Program-made: the position numbers and the translations under genes
The notes under the pieces: generated by a model
Told to the model about the DNA's origin: nothing
The model's database searches: none
What the model saw: the letters and a program-made list of their open reading frames with translations, nothing else
Part shown: in pieces, positions 19,170-29,439 of the stretch
Layout of the letters: the number at the start of each line of letters is the position of its first letter
How positions within the stretch are numbered: position 1 is the first letter of the stretch
Assembly: GCA_964291265.2 (NCBI GenBank)
Contig: OZ219747.1
Location: 1,440,001 to 1,504,000 of the forward strand
DNA: 64,000 bases
Source: Alphaproteobacteria bacterium
Lineage (GTDB): Bacteria; Pseudomonadota; Alphaproteobacteria; SP197
Direction: 5' to 3'

Positions 19170-20951
19170 ATGACGCACGACATGAGCACGGCGCCCGACG
19201 CGCCCGCTTCCACCACGTCCGCAGGAGAAGAGAGTTTTGCGGATCTTTTCAACGAGTTCCTTGAACGCGTCAACATCGTCGAAGGGGCGGTGACGAGCGG
19301 AACCGTTCTCGACATCCAGGGTGACCTGGTGCTGATCGATGTCGGGCTCAAGGCCGAAGGACGGGTGCCGCTTCGCGAATTCAACACGGCCGGAGGCGAG
19401 CCTTCCGTGGCTGTCGGCGACAAGGTCGAGGTTTTCGTCGAACGGCTGGAGAACAACCAGGGCGAAACGGTCCTTTCCCGGGAGAAGGCCCAGCGCGAGG
19501 AAGTCTGGAACCAGCTCGAGGCGGCCTTTGCAACCGGAGACCGCGTCAAGGGGTACATCTACCAGCGGGTCAAGGGCGGCTTCACCATCAATCTCGGTGG
19601 CGCCTTCGCCTTCCTGCCCGGCAGCCAGATCGACATCCGCCCGGTTCGCGACGTGACACCGCTCATGGGCGAGGAGCACGAATTCCGCATCCTCAAGATG
19701 GATCGTCGGCGCAGCAACATCGTGGTCTCCCGGCGTTCGGTTCTCGAGGACGAGCGCGCCGATCAGCGTGCCGAACTGATCGCCGGTCTCGCCGAAGGCC
19801 AGGTGCTCGACGGCGTGGTCAAGAACATAACCGACTACGGCGCCTTCGTCGATCTCGGCGGACTTGACGGACTGCTTCACGTGACGGACATATCTTGGCG
19901 GCGCATCAATCACCCCACCGAGGCCGTCGCCATCGGTCAGACCGTGCGCGTCCAGGTGATTCGCTTCAACCCGGAGAACCAGCGCATTTCACTGGGCATG
20001 AAGCAGCTCGAGACGGATCCCTGGGAGGGCGTGGGCGCCAAGTATCCGATCGGAACCCGGTTCACGGGGCGCATCACCAACATCACCGACTACGGCGCCT
20101 TCGTGGAACTCGAACCCGGTGTGGAGGGCCTCGTCCACGTCTCGGAAATGAGCTGGACCCGCAAGAACATTCATCCCGGCAAGATCGCCTCGACCAGCCA
20201 GGAAGTCGAGGTCGAGATCCTTGATGTGGATGCCGGCAAGCGCCGCATCAGTCTTGGCATCAAGCAGACCCAGAGCAATCCCTGGGAGATCTTCCTGCTC
20301 GAACACCCGGTCGGCAGCGAAGTCGAGGGCGAGGTGCGCAACATCGCCGAATTCGGTCTCTTCATCAACATTGGTGGCGACCTCGACGGCATGGTGCATA
20401 TGTCCGATCTTTCCTGGCAACAGAACGCCGACGAGGAGATCGCGAAGTACCACAAGGGCGATCAGGTCAGGGCCAAGGTTCTCGATGTCGATGTCGACAA
20501 GGAACGCATCAGTCTCGGGATCAAGCAGCTTGAACCCGACCCCTATGCCGGTGCCATGGATGGCATTTCGCGGAACTCCGTCGTCACCTGCACGGTGGCC
20601 CGGGTGGTGGACGGTGGTATCGAGGTGATGATCAACGGAGTCGTTCCGGGCATAGTCCGCAAGGCCGAACTCGCTCGCGACCGCAGCGATCAGCGGCCGG
20701 ACCGCTTTGCCCCCGGAGACAGGCTGGATGCCAAGGTGACCAACATCGACAAGGCGTCCCACCGCGTCTCCCTTTCGGTCAAGGCCTTGGAAATCGAGGA
20801 AGAAAAGAAGGCGATGGAGGCGTATGGCTCAACGGACAGCGGCGCCACCCTGGGTGATATTCTTGGTGCGGCCCTGTCGGCCCGCCATGCCGACTCCGAC
20901 GACGGCGGGGAAAGCAAGGCGAGCGAGGACGACAGGGAGTCCGGATCCTGA
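19170..20951 (+). CDS. rpsA: 30S ribosomal protein S1
   Basis: Multiple S1 repeats (NITDYGAFV, RISLGMKQ, RISLGIKQ); follows cmk. Confidence 0.97.
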   Translation: MTHDMSTAPDAPASTTSAGEESFADLFNEFLERVNIVEGAVTSGTVLDIQGDLVLIDVGLKAEGRVPLREFNTAGGEPSVAVGDKVEVFVERLENNQGETVLSREKAQREEVWNQLEAAFATGDRVKGYIYQRVKGGFTINLGGAFAFLPGSQIDIRPVRDVTPLMGEEHEFRILKMDRRRSNIVVSRRSVLEDERADQRAELIAGLAEGQVLDGVVKNITDYGAFVDLGGLDGLLHVTDISWRRINHPTEAVAIGQTVRVQVIRFNPENQRISLGMKQLETDPWEGVGAKYPIGTRFTGRITNITDYGAFVELEPGVEGLVHVSEMSWTRKNIHPGKIASTSQEVEVEILDVDAGKRRISLGIKQTQSNPWEIFLLEHPVGSEVEGEVRNIAEFGLFINIGGDLDGMVHMSDLSWQQNADEEIAKYHKGDQVRAKVLDVDVDKERISLGIKQLEPDPYAGAMDGISRNSVVTCTVARVVDGGIEVMINGVVPGIVRKAELARDRSDQRPDRFAPGDRLDAKVTNIDKASHRVSLSVKALEIEEEKKAMEAYGSTDSGATLGDILGAALSARHADSDDGGESKASEDDRESGS

Positions 20952-21013
20952 GCCAGACTGCCGCTGTCAGCCGAAGCTCCGTCACTGCAAGGTTTCTCGA
21001 GGGGTTTCCTGCG

Positions 21014-21637
21014 GTGATGGAGGGAGCCACGGGCTCGGAACTCCAGCGTCGCGGCGCCTGTCTCTCTTGCGGGGTCAGCAGTCCAGGCGTGCCCGGCTCA
21101 TGGTCGGCAGACCATGCGGAACGCACCCGACGTCGTGCGCGCTGTGCACAAGGTCTGTTTCGGCATCGGATGCAACATCATCACCACGAACGGATTCTGG
21201 ACGAGTACCGTCAAGCCGGGACAGACGGGTCTCGGGGACAAGGCGGAGGTCTGCACGCGCCTCGCCGGTGACATGACGGTCGAAGGCGCGGGACCGGTTG
21301 CACCCCGGTGCCTGGGTCGCCCGAGGCATGGCTCGTCCCCACGGCGGCATGCCCTGATTCCGGTCGACGTGCAATGACCTGCCTCGGGAGTTCGTCATGC
21401 AGGCACGTCATCTTGCAGCCACCGACATGGACCTGATCCTTGTCGAGTGTGTCGGTCGGATCGAGGACTGTGTCAATTCCGTGGATGCTGTCAGCGGAGC
21501 AGGATAAGCCGGTGATGTCGAGCCTGCGCCACGTGGCCATGGACGGCTCCATGCAGCACGGCAAGCACCTTGCCGACCTCCACGCGGAACTTGGCAACCG
21601 CGATGTCCCGGCGGTCCGCGACCTCGTTCTCCGGTGA
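21014..21637 (+). pseudogene. Homocysteine S-methyltransferase family pseudogene
   Basis: EGATGSELQRRG...WSA, then PDVVRAVH...GCNIITTNGF, in different frames. Confidence 0.6.
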
Positions 21638-21660
21638 GCCGCGCGCCGGCATCGAGGGGA

Positions 21661-22293
21661 TCAGGCCGGTGCGAAGGGCTTTACTTCGTGGCGCTCGAGG
21701 AGTGCCGCCATGGCCGGACGTGCCTGGATGCGCCTGACGATGGCGCCGACGTGCTTCTCGCGGGTGATCATGACGTGACAGTCCCAGTGCATGGCAGCCT
21801 GGACGAGAAGGAGGATGTCGGCTGTCGAGAAGCGTTCCCCGACCAGCCATGTCCGACCGGTCACGCTGGCATCGATCTGCCGCCACAGGTCATCGGCATT
21901 GCGCCGCGCCGCCTGGCGCACGCCATCGATACCGTCAGGTGCCGTCGTGTACCAGTCCGCGTGGTATTCGTTGGCCACCGTCGGGTGGACCACGGAACCC
22001 AGCCAGACCATCCACTGGTACCACCGGGCGCGTTCCCGGCTCCCCGGCGGCGGGGCAAGGCCCGCCTCATCGTGCCTGTCGGCAAGATGCATGGCGATGG
22101 CGGAGCCCTCGTAGATGACGAGGTCCCCGTCGACGAGCGTCGGAACCATGCCATCAGGACGGAGTTCGAGATACGCGGGATCCGTTGAACGTCCGTCGGG
22201 CAGCGTCACCGTCTCGTAAGGAACGCCGATCTCGTCGAGCGTGCCTTCGGGGACCATGGACATGGTGAAGGGTTTGCCGTAGAGGCGATACAT
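21661..22293 (-). CDS. Glutathione S-transferase
   Basis: PDGMVPTLVDGDLVIYEGSAIAMHLAD and GERFSTADI motifs. Confidence 0.92.
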   Translation of the reverse strand: MYRLYGKPFTMSMVPEGTLDEIGVPYETVTLPDGRSTDPAYLELRPDGMVPTLVDGDLVIYEGSAIAMHLADRHDEAGLAPPPGSRERARWYQWMVWLGSVVHPTVANEYHADWYTTAPDGIDGVRQAARRNADDLWRQIDASVTGRTWLVGERFSTADILLLVQAAMHWDCHVMITREKHVGAIVRRIQARPAMAALLERHEVKPFAPA

Positions 22294-22328
22294 GTGCAGT
22301 TCTCCTGTTCGTCCAGAGGGCCCAGACG

Positions 22329-23222
22329 TTGCCGATCATCGATGCTGATGGAACCGGGATCTACGTCGAATGTCACGGAGATCCTGACGGAACGCCCATT
22401 CTGCTCGTCAGGGGACTCGGATCCCAGATCATTCACTGGCCCGATGCGATGATCGGCTGTTTCGTGGACCACGGCATGTGCGTCATCGTGCCCGACAACC
22501 GTGACGCCGGGCTGTCGCAGAAGTTCGATGACCTCGAAACGATCCCTGCCGACGAGATCCTTCGCCGCGAAGCCGAAGGCATTCCCGTCGAGGCGCCCTA
22601 CTCCATCGGGGACATGGTCTGCGATCACGTTGGTGTCCTTGATCACTTCGGCATGGCCCGTGCCAACATCTTCGGTGTTTCCATGGGCGGCATGATCGTG
22701 CAGAGCATGGCCGTGACACACCCCGAGAGAGTGATCACCATGACCTCGGTCATGTCGTCGTCCGGCAATCCGGAACTTCCGCCGATGGCGCCCGAGGTGC
22801 AGCGCCTGCTGCTCGCTTCTCCCGATGATCCCGATGACCGTGACTCGGTCATCGACTTCACGCTTGCCTGTGACCGGATCTGGGGGAGTCCGGGGTATCC
22901 CTTCGACGAGAACGAGAGGGCGGACCTCATCGGCCGGGCGTTCGACCGCTGCTACACGCCTTCGGGGGTTCTGCGCCAGTATCTTGCCGTGCGCCGGGAC
23001 GGCTCACGGGTCGAGCGTCTGCGGACGATCGGCGTCCCGAGCCTGGTCATCCACGGCACCGATGACACCCTGCTGTCGATTGAACACGGGCGCGATACTG
23101 CGGCCAGCATTCCCGGCTGCGTCATCATCGAGATCCCCGGCATGGGTCATGATCTTGAGGGCGAACTCGGCCCGATGATCGCCGGGTTCACGGCGCACCA
23201 CGCGCGGACGAGAGGGGAGTGA
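22329..23222 (+). CDS. Alpha/beta hydrolase
   Basis: DNRDAGLS, GVSMGG nucleophile elbow, HGTDD and GMGH motifs. Confidence 0.9.
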   Translation: MPIIDADGTGIYVECHGDPDGTPILLVRGLGSQIIHWPDAMIGCFVDHGMCVIVPDNRDAGLSQKFDDLETIPADEILRREAEGIPVEAPYSIGDMVCDHVGVLDHFGMARANIFGVSMGGMIVQSMAVTHPERVITMTSVMSSSGNPELPPMAPEVQRLLLASPDDPDDRDSVIDFTLACDRIWGSPGYPFDENERADLIGRAFDRCYTPSGVLRQYLAVRRDGSRVERLRTIGVPSLVIHGTDDTLLSIEHGRDTAASIPGCVIIEIPGMGHDLEGELGPMIAGFTAHHARTRGE

Positions 23223-23231
23223 CCGATCAGG

Positions 23232-23307
23232 TGGTGCCCAGGGGCGGAATCGAACCACCGACACCATGATTTTCAGTCATGTGCTCTACCAACTGAGCTA
23301 CCTGGGC
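23232..23307 (-). tRNA. tRNA-Phe (GAA)
   Basis: RC gcccaggtagctcagttggtagagc...ctGAAaa...ggttcgattcc...cacca. Confidence 0.97.
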
Positions 23308-23351
23308 ACCTTCGGTGGGCGCTTGATACAGAATTCACCGGACATTGTCCA

Positions 23352-23558
23352 TCACGTTTGCCCGTGCCCCCCCTGCGTTTCGGCATCGCCGTCCCCTGCA
23401 GACAGGGGGTTCGTCGGCTCGCCTTCTATCACGTAGGGCGGCGCAGCACCGATCCAGTGCGCCAGGTCCTGCATGCTGCAGCGCCGGGAGCAGAACGGGG
23501 CATGGCGCGTGTCCGTTGTTGTCGGCCTGGCGCACACGGGGCATCGCCGGTCGGTCAT
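23352..23558 (-). CDS. yacG: DNA gyrase inhibitor YacG
   Basis: CPVC...PFCSRRC..DLAHW motif. Confidence 0.9.
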   Translation of the reverse strand: MTDRRCPVCARPTTTDTRHAPFCSRRCSMQDLAHWIGAAPPYVIEGEPTNPLSAGDGDAETQGGHGQT

Positions 23559-24154
23559 GACGACGGTGTCAGGCCATGGCCGGCAAGCAGGCCCGCCGTT
23601 TCGTAGAGACCAAGTCCGACGACGTTGCTGTAGGAGCCGTTCAGCCGGCGCACGAAGGCCGCCGCCCTTCCCTGGATGGCGTAGGCTCCGGCTTTGCCGC
23701 GCCAGTCGTCGCTGGCGAGATAGGAATCGATTTCGTCAACCGACAGACGCTTGAAGGCGACGCGGGTGACGACAAGGCGCGAACGTGCGGCGCCGGAGAC
23801 GAAGAGGCAGATTCCGCCGTAGACCATGTGGCTGCGACCGGACAGCCGCTCGAGGCAGGCCCGTGCCTGCAGAGCGTCCGCCGGCTTGGGCAGGACCCGC
23901 CGGCCGCAGGCCACCACCGTATCGGCGGCGAGGACGGCGGCGCCGGGATGCAAGCGGGCGACGGTGAGAGCCTTATCCCGGGAAAGGCGGGCCGCCAGCT
24001 GCCGCGGCAGCTCTCCCTTGCGCGGCGCTTCCAGGATATCGGCCGGTACGGTCTTGTCTGGAACCACACCGATCTGTGCCAGGAGCTCCAGGCGGCGCGG
24101 CGATGCCGAAGCCAGAATGAAGGGCATGTCAGGAGGCCTGGTTGATGTTGTCAC
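23555..24154 (-). CDS. maf: Maf-family nucleoside triphosphate pyrophosphatase
   Basis: LASASPRR, AADTVV, GKAGAYAIQG and YSNVVGL motifs. Confidence 0.95.
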   Translation of the reverse strand: MTTSTRPPDMPFILASASPRRLELLAQIGVVPDKTVPADILEAPRKGELPRQLAARLSRDKALTVARLHPGAAVLAADTVVACGRRVLPKPADALQARACLERLSGRSHMVYGGICLFVSGAARSRLVVTRVAFKRLSVDEIDSYLASDDWRGKAGAYAIQGRAAAFVRRLNGSYSNVVGLGLYETAGLLAGHGLTPSS

Positions 24155-24158
24155 GTCT

Positions 24159-24611
24159 TCAGATGGCGCTGAGCGATGTCGGGGGAAAGCGCTCGCCGAT
24201 ACGTTGTCGAATGTGGTCGCGGACGCCTCGGAAGGCGTCGAGGATCATGTTCCTGTTGCCCTCGATGGCAACCGGATCGAATGTCATCCAGTACTCCACG
24301 TCGAGTGCGGCAAAGCGGGTGAGTTCGACGGCCCGGTGCTGCGCCTCGGGTGACATGGTGATGACCAGGTCGAAACTCTCGGTGCCGTCTTCGATGTCAT
24401 CGAAGGTCTTGGGCCGGTGACCGGACATGTCGATGCCCATTTCCGCCATGACCTCGATCATGAAGGGGTTGGCGGCCCCGGCCGGGCGCACGCCGACCGA
24501 ATCGATGAAGATGCTGTGACCATAGAGGCTTTTCATGAGTCCTTCGGCCATGGGGGACCGCACGGCATTGTAGTTGCATGCGAAGAGCACGGCACCCGGC
24601 ATGTCGGCCAT
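24159..24611 (-). CDS. LMW phosphatase/ArsC-like protein
   Basis: VLFACNYNAVRSPMAEG motif. Confidence 0.88.
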   Translation of the reverse strand: MADMPGAVLFACNYNAVRSPMAEGLMKSLYGHSIFIDSVGVRPAGAANPFMIEVMAEMGIDMSGHRPKTFDDIEDGTESFDLVITMSPEAQHRAVELTRFAALDVEYWMTFDPVAIEGNRNMILDAFRGVRDHIRQRIGERFPPTSLSAI

Positions 24612-24615
24612 GCCG

Positions 24616-25107
24616 TCAGCTCCGGATATGCAGGACGCAGAGCAGGGTAAAGAGACGTCTCGATGTCTCGATGTCAATCGTCACGCGCTTGTCGAGGGTT
24701 TCGCGCAGCAGTGCCGCGCCCTCGTCATGGAGACTGCGGCGCCCCATGTCGAGTGCTTCGATACGCGATGGAGGCGCGCTCTTGATCGCCTCGAAGTAGC
24801 TTTCGCACACCGTGAAATAGTCCTTCACGATCCGCCGAAAGGACTTGATCGGCATGGTGACTTCGCCAAGAGGCCGGTCCTTCTCGTCACCAATTCCGAA
24901 TACCAGGCTGCGGCCGTCCCTGACCGCAAGACACACACGGTAGGGTCCCGGTTGCAGCCCCGCCGGTTCAAAGTGATTGGACTCCAGGAGGTCGTAGATG
25001 GCCACGGCCATCTCGTGTTCGACCTCGGTGCTGCGCCGCACCACCAACCGGTCATCGAGCTGGATATCGCTGATGCGGAAGCGGATGTCGCCGTCGCTGG
25101 CTGTCAT
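24616..25107 (-). CDS. UPF0262 family protein
   Basis: AIYDLLESN, FRRIVKDYF and IEALDMGRRSLHDEG motifs. Confidence 0.92.
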   Translation of the reverse strand: MTASDGDIRFRISDIQLDDRLVVRRSTEVEHEMAVAIYDLLESNHFEPAGLQPGPYRVCLAVRDGRSLVFGIGDEKDRPLGEVTMPIKSFRRIVKDYFTVCESYFEAIKSAPPSRIEALDMGRRSLHDEGAALLRETLDKRVTIDIETSRRLFTLLCVLHIRS

Positions 25108-25479
25108 GACCGGAACAAGACGAAGGTCATGGGCGCCGTTCGGTTGCGCGGCATGTTGCGGTCATGCACCACCATGGCCTACACACTACCGGCAGTTCCG
25201 CCGCCGGTTCAATCGGTCAGTCCGGCATTCCCCGTCCACACTCCAAGGCCCCGTGACCGACGCTCGCGACCGCCACGTCGACGCGACGCCGTGGCCGAAC
25301 TGCGCGCGCTGCAGGACGACCTGGCGTGATTTCTCCGAGACCCTCTGTGACACGGCTTGCGGAGAACATCGAGGCACTCGAGGAGATCGAGCCGCCACGC
25401 GGCTTGTGGGCGCTACGCTACACGGGATCCCTGTCAGACCCCTGAACGCGTTATCGTCCAGGGATGATGACGCCTTGCT

Positions 25480-26030
25480 CTGTCGCGGCTGCGATGCCGG
25501 AGATCATCGGACCGTCGGCAAGGAACGTCTTCCTGGGCCGCGGCGTCAACGCGTCGCCCCGGGCCGAAGGATGGCTGGCAATGCGCTTGGCACACATCGG
25601 TCAGCCGGATGCGGGGGGCGACGCCCTGCATCCGGCACGTGGCCAGCAGGCCGTTGATGATGCCGATGTTCTCGGCGCCGAGACCCGTGTCGTCGAGGCG
25701 GTGAAGACGGTGAGGGAGCGCCATCGCGGCAACCATGGAAGGAGGAACCGCACCGTTGCCTTCCCCATCACAGGCACGGCCGCTGACAGCATCGAGGACC
25801 AGGCAAGGCGCCGTCGCTCGTGGCGTCGGATGACTCCGGAGTGTGGGGGTGTGTGCAGCAGTCCCATTCTCCACCAGTTCCACCGGTTGGGCGTGGCATC
25901 CTCGGTCACGAACCGCAGGTCGCGCCGGTCGGCGCACAGCCGTTCGAGATCGCCGCGCGTCCCCCCGGCGCGGCGCCTGCCGACGGCACCCTGTCGATGG
26001 TGCCGTCGGCCCGGACTGGGCGAGGCTGCC
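25480..26030 (-). pseudogene. IS66 TnpC C-terminal remnant mixed with other IS debris
   Basis: GAENIGIINGLLATCRMQGVAP...LTDV resembles the IS66 transposase C-terminus; frames disrupted. Confidence 0.55.
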
Positions 26031-26036
26031 CGCGGG

Positions 26037-27770
26037 TCAGTTCTTGTGGGCGCCGAAGGCGCCGTCCATATGGCCCTCAGCTCCGTAGTGCGCGGAGAAC
26101 CTGCCGTGGATGCTGGTCGGTTGGCTGTTGGCGCCACCCGGCGTCCCCTTGTTGTTGTTGAAGAAGTGGAGCCAGGTGCGGTTCGCCGTGTCGGGAGCCG
26201 CGCCCTTCACCCCGTCGATGGTCCATGCCGTTCTGCCCCAATTGCTGCTCGTGCTCCCGGAGATGTCGGCCTGCTCCAGATCGACCTTCCAGTTGCGGCT
26301 CTGCCCGCCCACCATGAACTCGGTGATCGTGCCCGTGACCGTCCCGAGCGCGGTGCCATCGCCGAAGGCGGCGGTCACCGTGGCCTTGGCCGTCCACTCG
26401 CCGGCCTCGTCGGTCTGACCCTCCCGTTTCAGGGCATACATGCCGGACGCCGCCCCCGCGTAGGTCGCCGTGCCTGTCACCCCGGCCTGGACGGCTACCC
26501 GGTCATCGTTATACCACTCTTCATCTTCGGTATCCCAATAAGAGCCATGGGCGAGCTCCTGGAAGGCCAGCGCGCCGTCCTGCTTGTCCTTCTGCAGCCA
26601 CCAGCCGAAATACGTGTGCTTGTAGTCAGCCGTGCCGTCCGAGGTCGGCGCCTCGAGGTCCGTGTAAAGGACAAAGGTGTGTTCGTATCTGTCGTTACTG
26701 CCGGTCGCGCGGGTTCCGGCCCATCCGTGGAGGGCAGGGAGCTCCACCGACGTCAGGGAGAGCTCCCCTTGGTACACAGTCTCGTCGACCTCGTCGTCGT
26801 AGGCCTCGCTGTCGTAGATCCTGAGGCCCAGCGCCTCGCCGTGCGTCGCCGAGGTGATGTCCCAGAACCGTTCGATGAGGAGTTGTCTGTCAGACCCGCC
26901 CGCGCCCACAATCCTGTCTTTGAGCGCGGCGAACAGCTTGGTGACGTCCCAGGAAGGCATTGCCGGCGGAGGGGTTCCGCCAGACGAAGGCGTGCCGCCA
27001 GACGAGGGCGTGCCGCCAGTCTGGGGTGCGCCGCCAGCCGAAGGCGTTCCATCATCCGGAGGCGTCAGCATCACCGTCGGCGTACCGCCAGTATAGGTGG
27101 CCGTCCTGTCGTCGCCGACGGTGACCATGCAGTCCTCGCCGCCAGCCGGGCAGGTGTAGGTGACATCGCCGAGCGTCCCGCTTTCGCCGGGGGCAATGGT
27201 CAAGGTGCCGGCCATGATCGCGGCATCATCATCAATGCCGGACAGGTCCAGGGACTTCGGCGTCAGCGTCACCGTCGGCATACCGCCGGTATAGGTGGCC
27301 GTCTTGTTGGCATCCACGGTGACCATGCAGGCCTCACCGCCAGCCGGGCAGGTGTAGGTGACACCGCCGAGCGTCCTGCTTTCGCCGGGGGCAATGGTCA
27401 AGGCGCCGGCCATGATCGCGGCATCATCATCAATGCCGGACAGGTCCAGGGACTTCGGCGTCAGCGTCACCGTCGGCATACCGCCGGTATAGGTGGCCGT
27501 CTTGTTGGCATCCACGGTGACCATGCAGGCCTCACCGCCAGCCGGGCAGGTGTAGGTGACACCGCCGAGCGTCCTGCTTTCGCCGGGGGCAATGGTCAAG
27601 GCGCCGGCCATGATCGCGGCATCATCATCAATGCCGGACAGGTCCAGGGACTTCGGCGCCGGCGTCATCGTCACGTCTGCCTTCTTGGACGACCCGCCGC
27701 CACCGCAGCCTGCGAGTGCCAGGCAGGCAACGGTCATCGCCGCCAGAACCACATGTTGCGTCGTTCTCAT
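26037..27770 (-). CDS. Surface lipoprotein with three 66-aa repeats and a TbpB-like C-terminal beta-barrel
   Basis: Lipobox LALAGC-GGGG; repeats containing TCPAGGEAC; YFGWWL, GTATYAGAASG and terminal GAFGA motifs. Confidence 0.8.
   Translation of the reverse strand: MRTTQHVVLAAMTVACLALAGCGGGGSSKKADVTMTPAPKSLDLSGIDDDAAIMAGALTIAPGESRTLGGVTYTCPAGGEACMVTVDANKTATYTGGMPTVTLTPKSLDLSGIDDDAAIMAGALTIAPGESRTLGGVTYTCPAGGEACMVTVDANKTATYTGGMPTVTLTPKSLDLSGIDDDAAIMAGTLTIAPGESGTLGDVTYTCPAGGEDCMVTVGDDRTATYTGGTPTVMLTPPDDGTPSAGGAPQTGGTPSSGGTPSSGGTPPPAMPSWDVTKLFAALKDRIVGAGGSDRQLLIERFWDITSATHGEALGLRIYDSEAYDDEVDETVYQGELSLTSVELPALHGWAGTRATGSNDRYEHTFVLYTDLEAPTSDGTADYKHTYFGWWLQKDKQDGALAFQELAHGSYWDTEDEEWYNDDRVAVQAGVTGTATYAGAASGMYALKREGQTDEAGEWTAKATVTAAFGDGTALGTVTGTITEFMVGGQSRNWKVDLEQADISGSTSSNWGRTAWTIDGVKGAAPDTANRTWLHFFNNNKGTPGGANSQPTSIHGRFSAHYGAEGHMDGAFGAHKN
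27063..27656 (-). repeat. 198-bp tandem repeat x3 within the lipoprotein
   Basis: Period 198 (unit ends at 27260, 27458, 27656); two copies appear identical. Confidence 0.95.
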
Positions 27771-28369
27771 CGAACTCTTCTCCTCTCTCCAAGCCCGGAC
27801 CGACCGGGCCAATCGTTTGAACCGTTCCTGCGTTCCCCGAACCACCCTCGGAAAGTCTTGAGCGTGATGCCGGTCACGAAGCCCGCGCCCTCAGTCTTCG
27901 GCGAACTTGCCGCGGTCCCCCTCGGCCATGATCAGCAAGTTCACCAGTCGATGCCCGCGTCGCCCTCGTGCGCGAAGCGCCATCCATGATCATCGCGACC
28001 GCCCGCGCCCGCGAGGCATGCTTCGCTTCCCAGCAACGCTCGGCGGAACAGTGGATCACTGTGGATGAGGGGTGGAGCCACAGCCTCGGGGGCCGCGGCA
28101 GGTGCCGGGGGGTAAAACCGGCCCCGTCGGGAGGATCTTGCCACCGACGCGGCGTGCGCACTCCCGCATGCTCCCGGCAACGCGTTCATCCGCCTGCGCC
28201 CGGCGCTCTTCCAGTGGAGGAAGCGTGGGCGGGAAAGGCGGTATTCAGACGGGAGTGATGTCCCCGATGGCGAGCGGGTGGGCGCCGAAATCCGGCAACT
28301 CGGGAACATGCACCGTCGAACAGGCGCACGGCCGGGCCGTATGCCCCGGTGCATATCGCGGAATCTCAT

Positions 28370-28532
28370 GCAGAGGCGCAGAGGCGCAGAGGCGCAGAGG
28401 CGCAGAGGCGCAGAGGCGCAGAGGCGCAGAGGCGCAGAGGCGCAGAGGCGCAGAGGCGCAGAGGCGCAGAGGCGCAGAGGCGCAGAGGCGCAGAGGCGCA
28501 GAGGCGCAGAGGCGCAGAGGCGCAGAGGCGCA
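28370..28532. repeat. (GCAGAGGC)20 perfect microsatellite
   Basis: 20 perfect 8-bp units plus GCA. Confidence 0.98.
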
Positions 28533-28603
28533 ATTTTACACCGAGATCAAGGCGGGAAGTCAAGTCCGAAATACACCCGTCGCAACGATTGTGCCAGACC
28601 ATA
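28525..28603. repeat. Dispersed ~80-bp element, copy A (copy B at 51185-51268)
   Basis: Shared blocks GAAGTCAAGTCCG, CACCCGTCGCAACGATT and AGACCATA. Confidence 0.8.
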
Positions 28604-29039
28604 AACTGGCGCACGGCCGTCATGCAACAGGAGTTTCCGGCCCGGACCACTGCTGTGGCTGGCGGAGACGCAGTGCCTTACCGCGCCTTCCATGCGCTGG
28701 ATACTCCGGCGGCCTTGCGGAAGAGCCGCAGACATGACTGCGGCAGAGTTGGACGTCACTCGCCGGCAGCCCGACCCGCCGCCTTTCAAACTCTCGGGCC
28801 TGATACAGGTGATTCGTTTCGTGCATGCTACGGACATGCAGGTTGGTCTCCGCCATGTCAATTCGCTTGACGCTTGCCTGGCTTGCCGGCGCGCTGCGCT
28901 CCGCCAACGCCACTCGTCGCGGTCTGGCACGCGAGCCTTGCGAGTGCACCGGTTGGCGCAACGCTCGCCGAGCGTGTGAGGCTCGCGCATCCGCCGCGAG
29001 GCGTCCCCGATCCGGCCGCCGCGCCCGCCGTCCAATGCC

Positions 29040-29300
29040 GGGAACATGCCGACACCAGGCTCGCCCGCCTGCTGGAGGATCCCGGCCCGGTTTCGAACCG
29101 GTGGACGACGCCGACGACCGCCGGCTCCCGGAAGCGATGATGGCGGCGCACCACCCGCCGGGATGAGCCCGTCCGTCCGGCGGCCGGATGCGTTCCTGGA
29201 TCCGCTCGCAGCGCCACGGCATCCTCGGCGGGATCAGCTTCGGGTCCGCGACCCGGTAGCTTAGGGTGTTGATGTATGGATCTGATGGTCCGCCGACGCC
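29040..29300 (-). pseudogene. IS21 IstA transposase remnant
   Basis: SDPYINTL and GSSRRVVRR...VVHRFETGPG resemble the IstA RFETxPG motif. Confidence 0.5.
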
Positions 29301-29439
29301 CACGCCGCCAACATCGGGCGCGTGAACTGCCACCACCGGTTCCCCTGATTCCCGGCGTCCGGGTCCACGGGCTGACGTCTGAGGGTCCTGCGCTCAGGCA
29401 GCGGAGAGCGTCGCCGACGACCGGGAGGCTGGCTACGCC

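Noticed and set aside
25430-25445. Tn3-like end (RC GGGGTCTGAC)
   Set aside because: Only ~10 bp match, with no partner IR or Tn3 genes.
25464-27989. 841-aa plus-strand ORF
   Set aside because: Antisense shadow of the lipoprotein gene in high-GC DNA.
28370-28532. Microsatellite as a CRISPR array
   Set aside because: It is a pure tandem 8-mer with no spacers.
28072-28870. ORFs with AEAQRRRG / LRLCASAP repeats
   Set aside because: These are translations of the stop-free 8-bp microsatellite in several frames, with no RBS or domain evidence.
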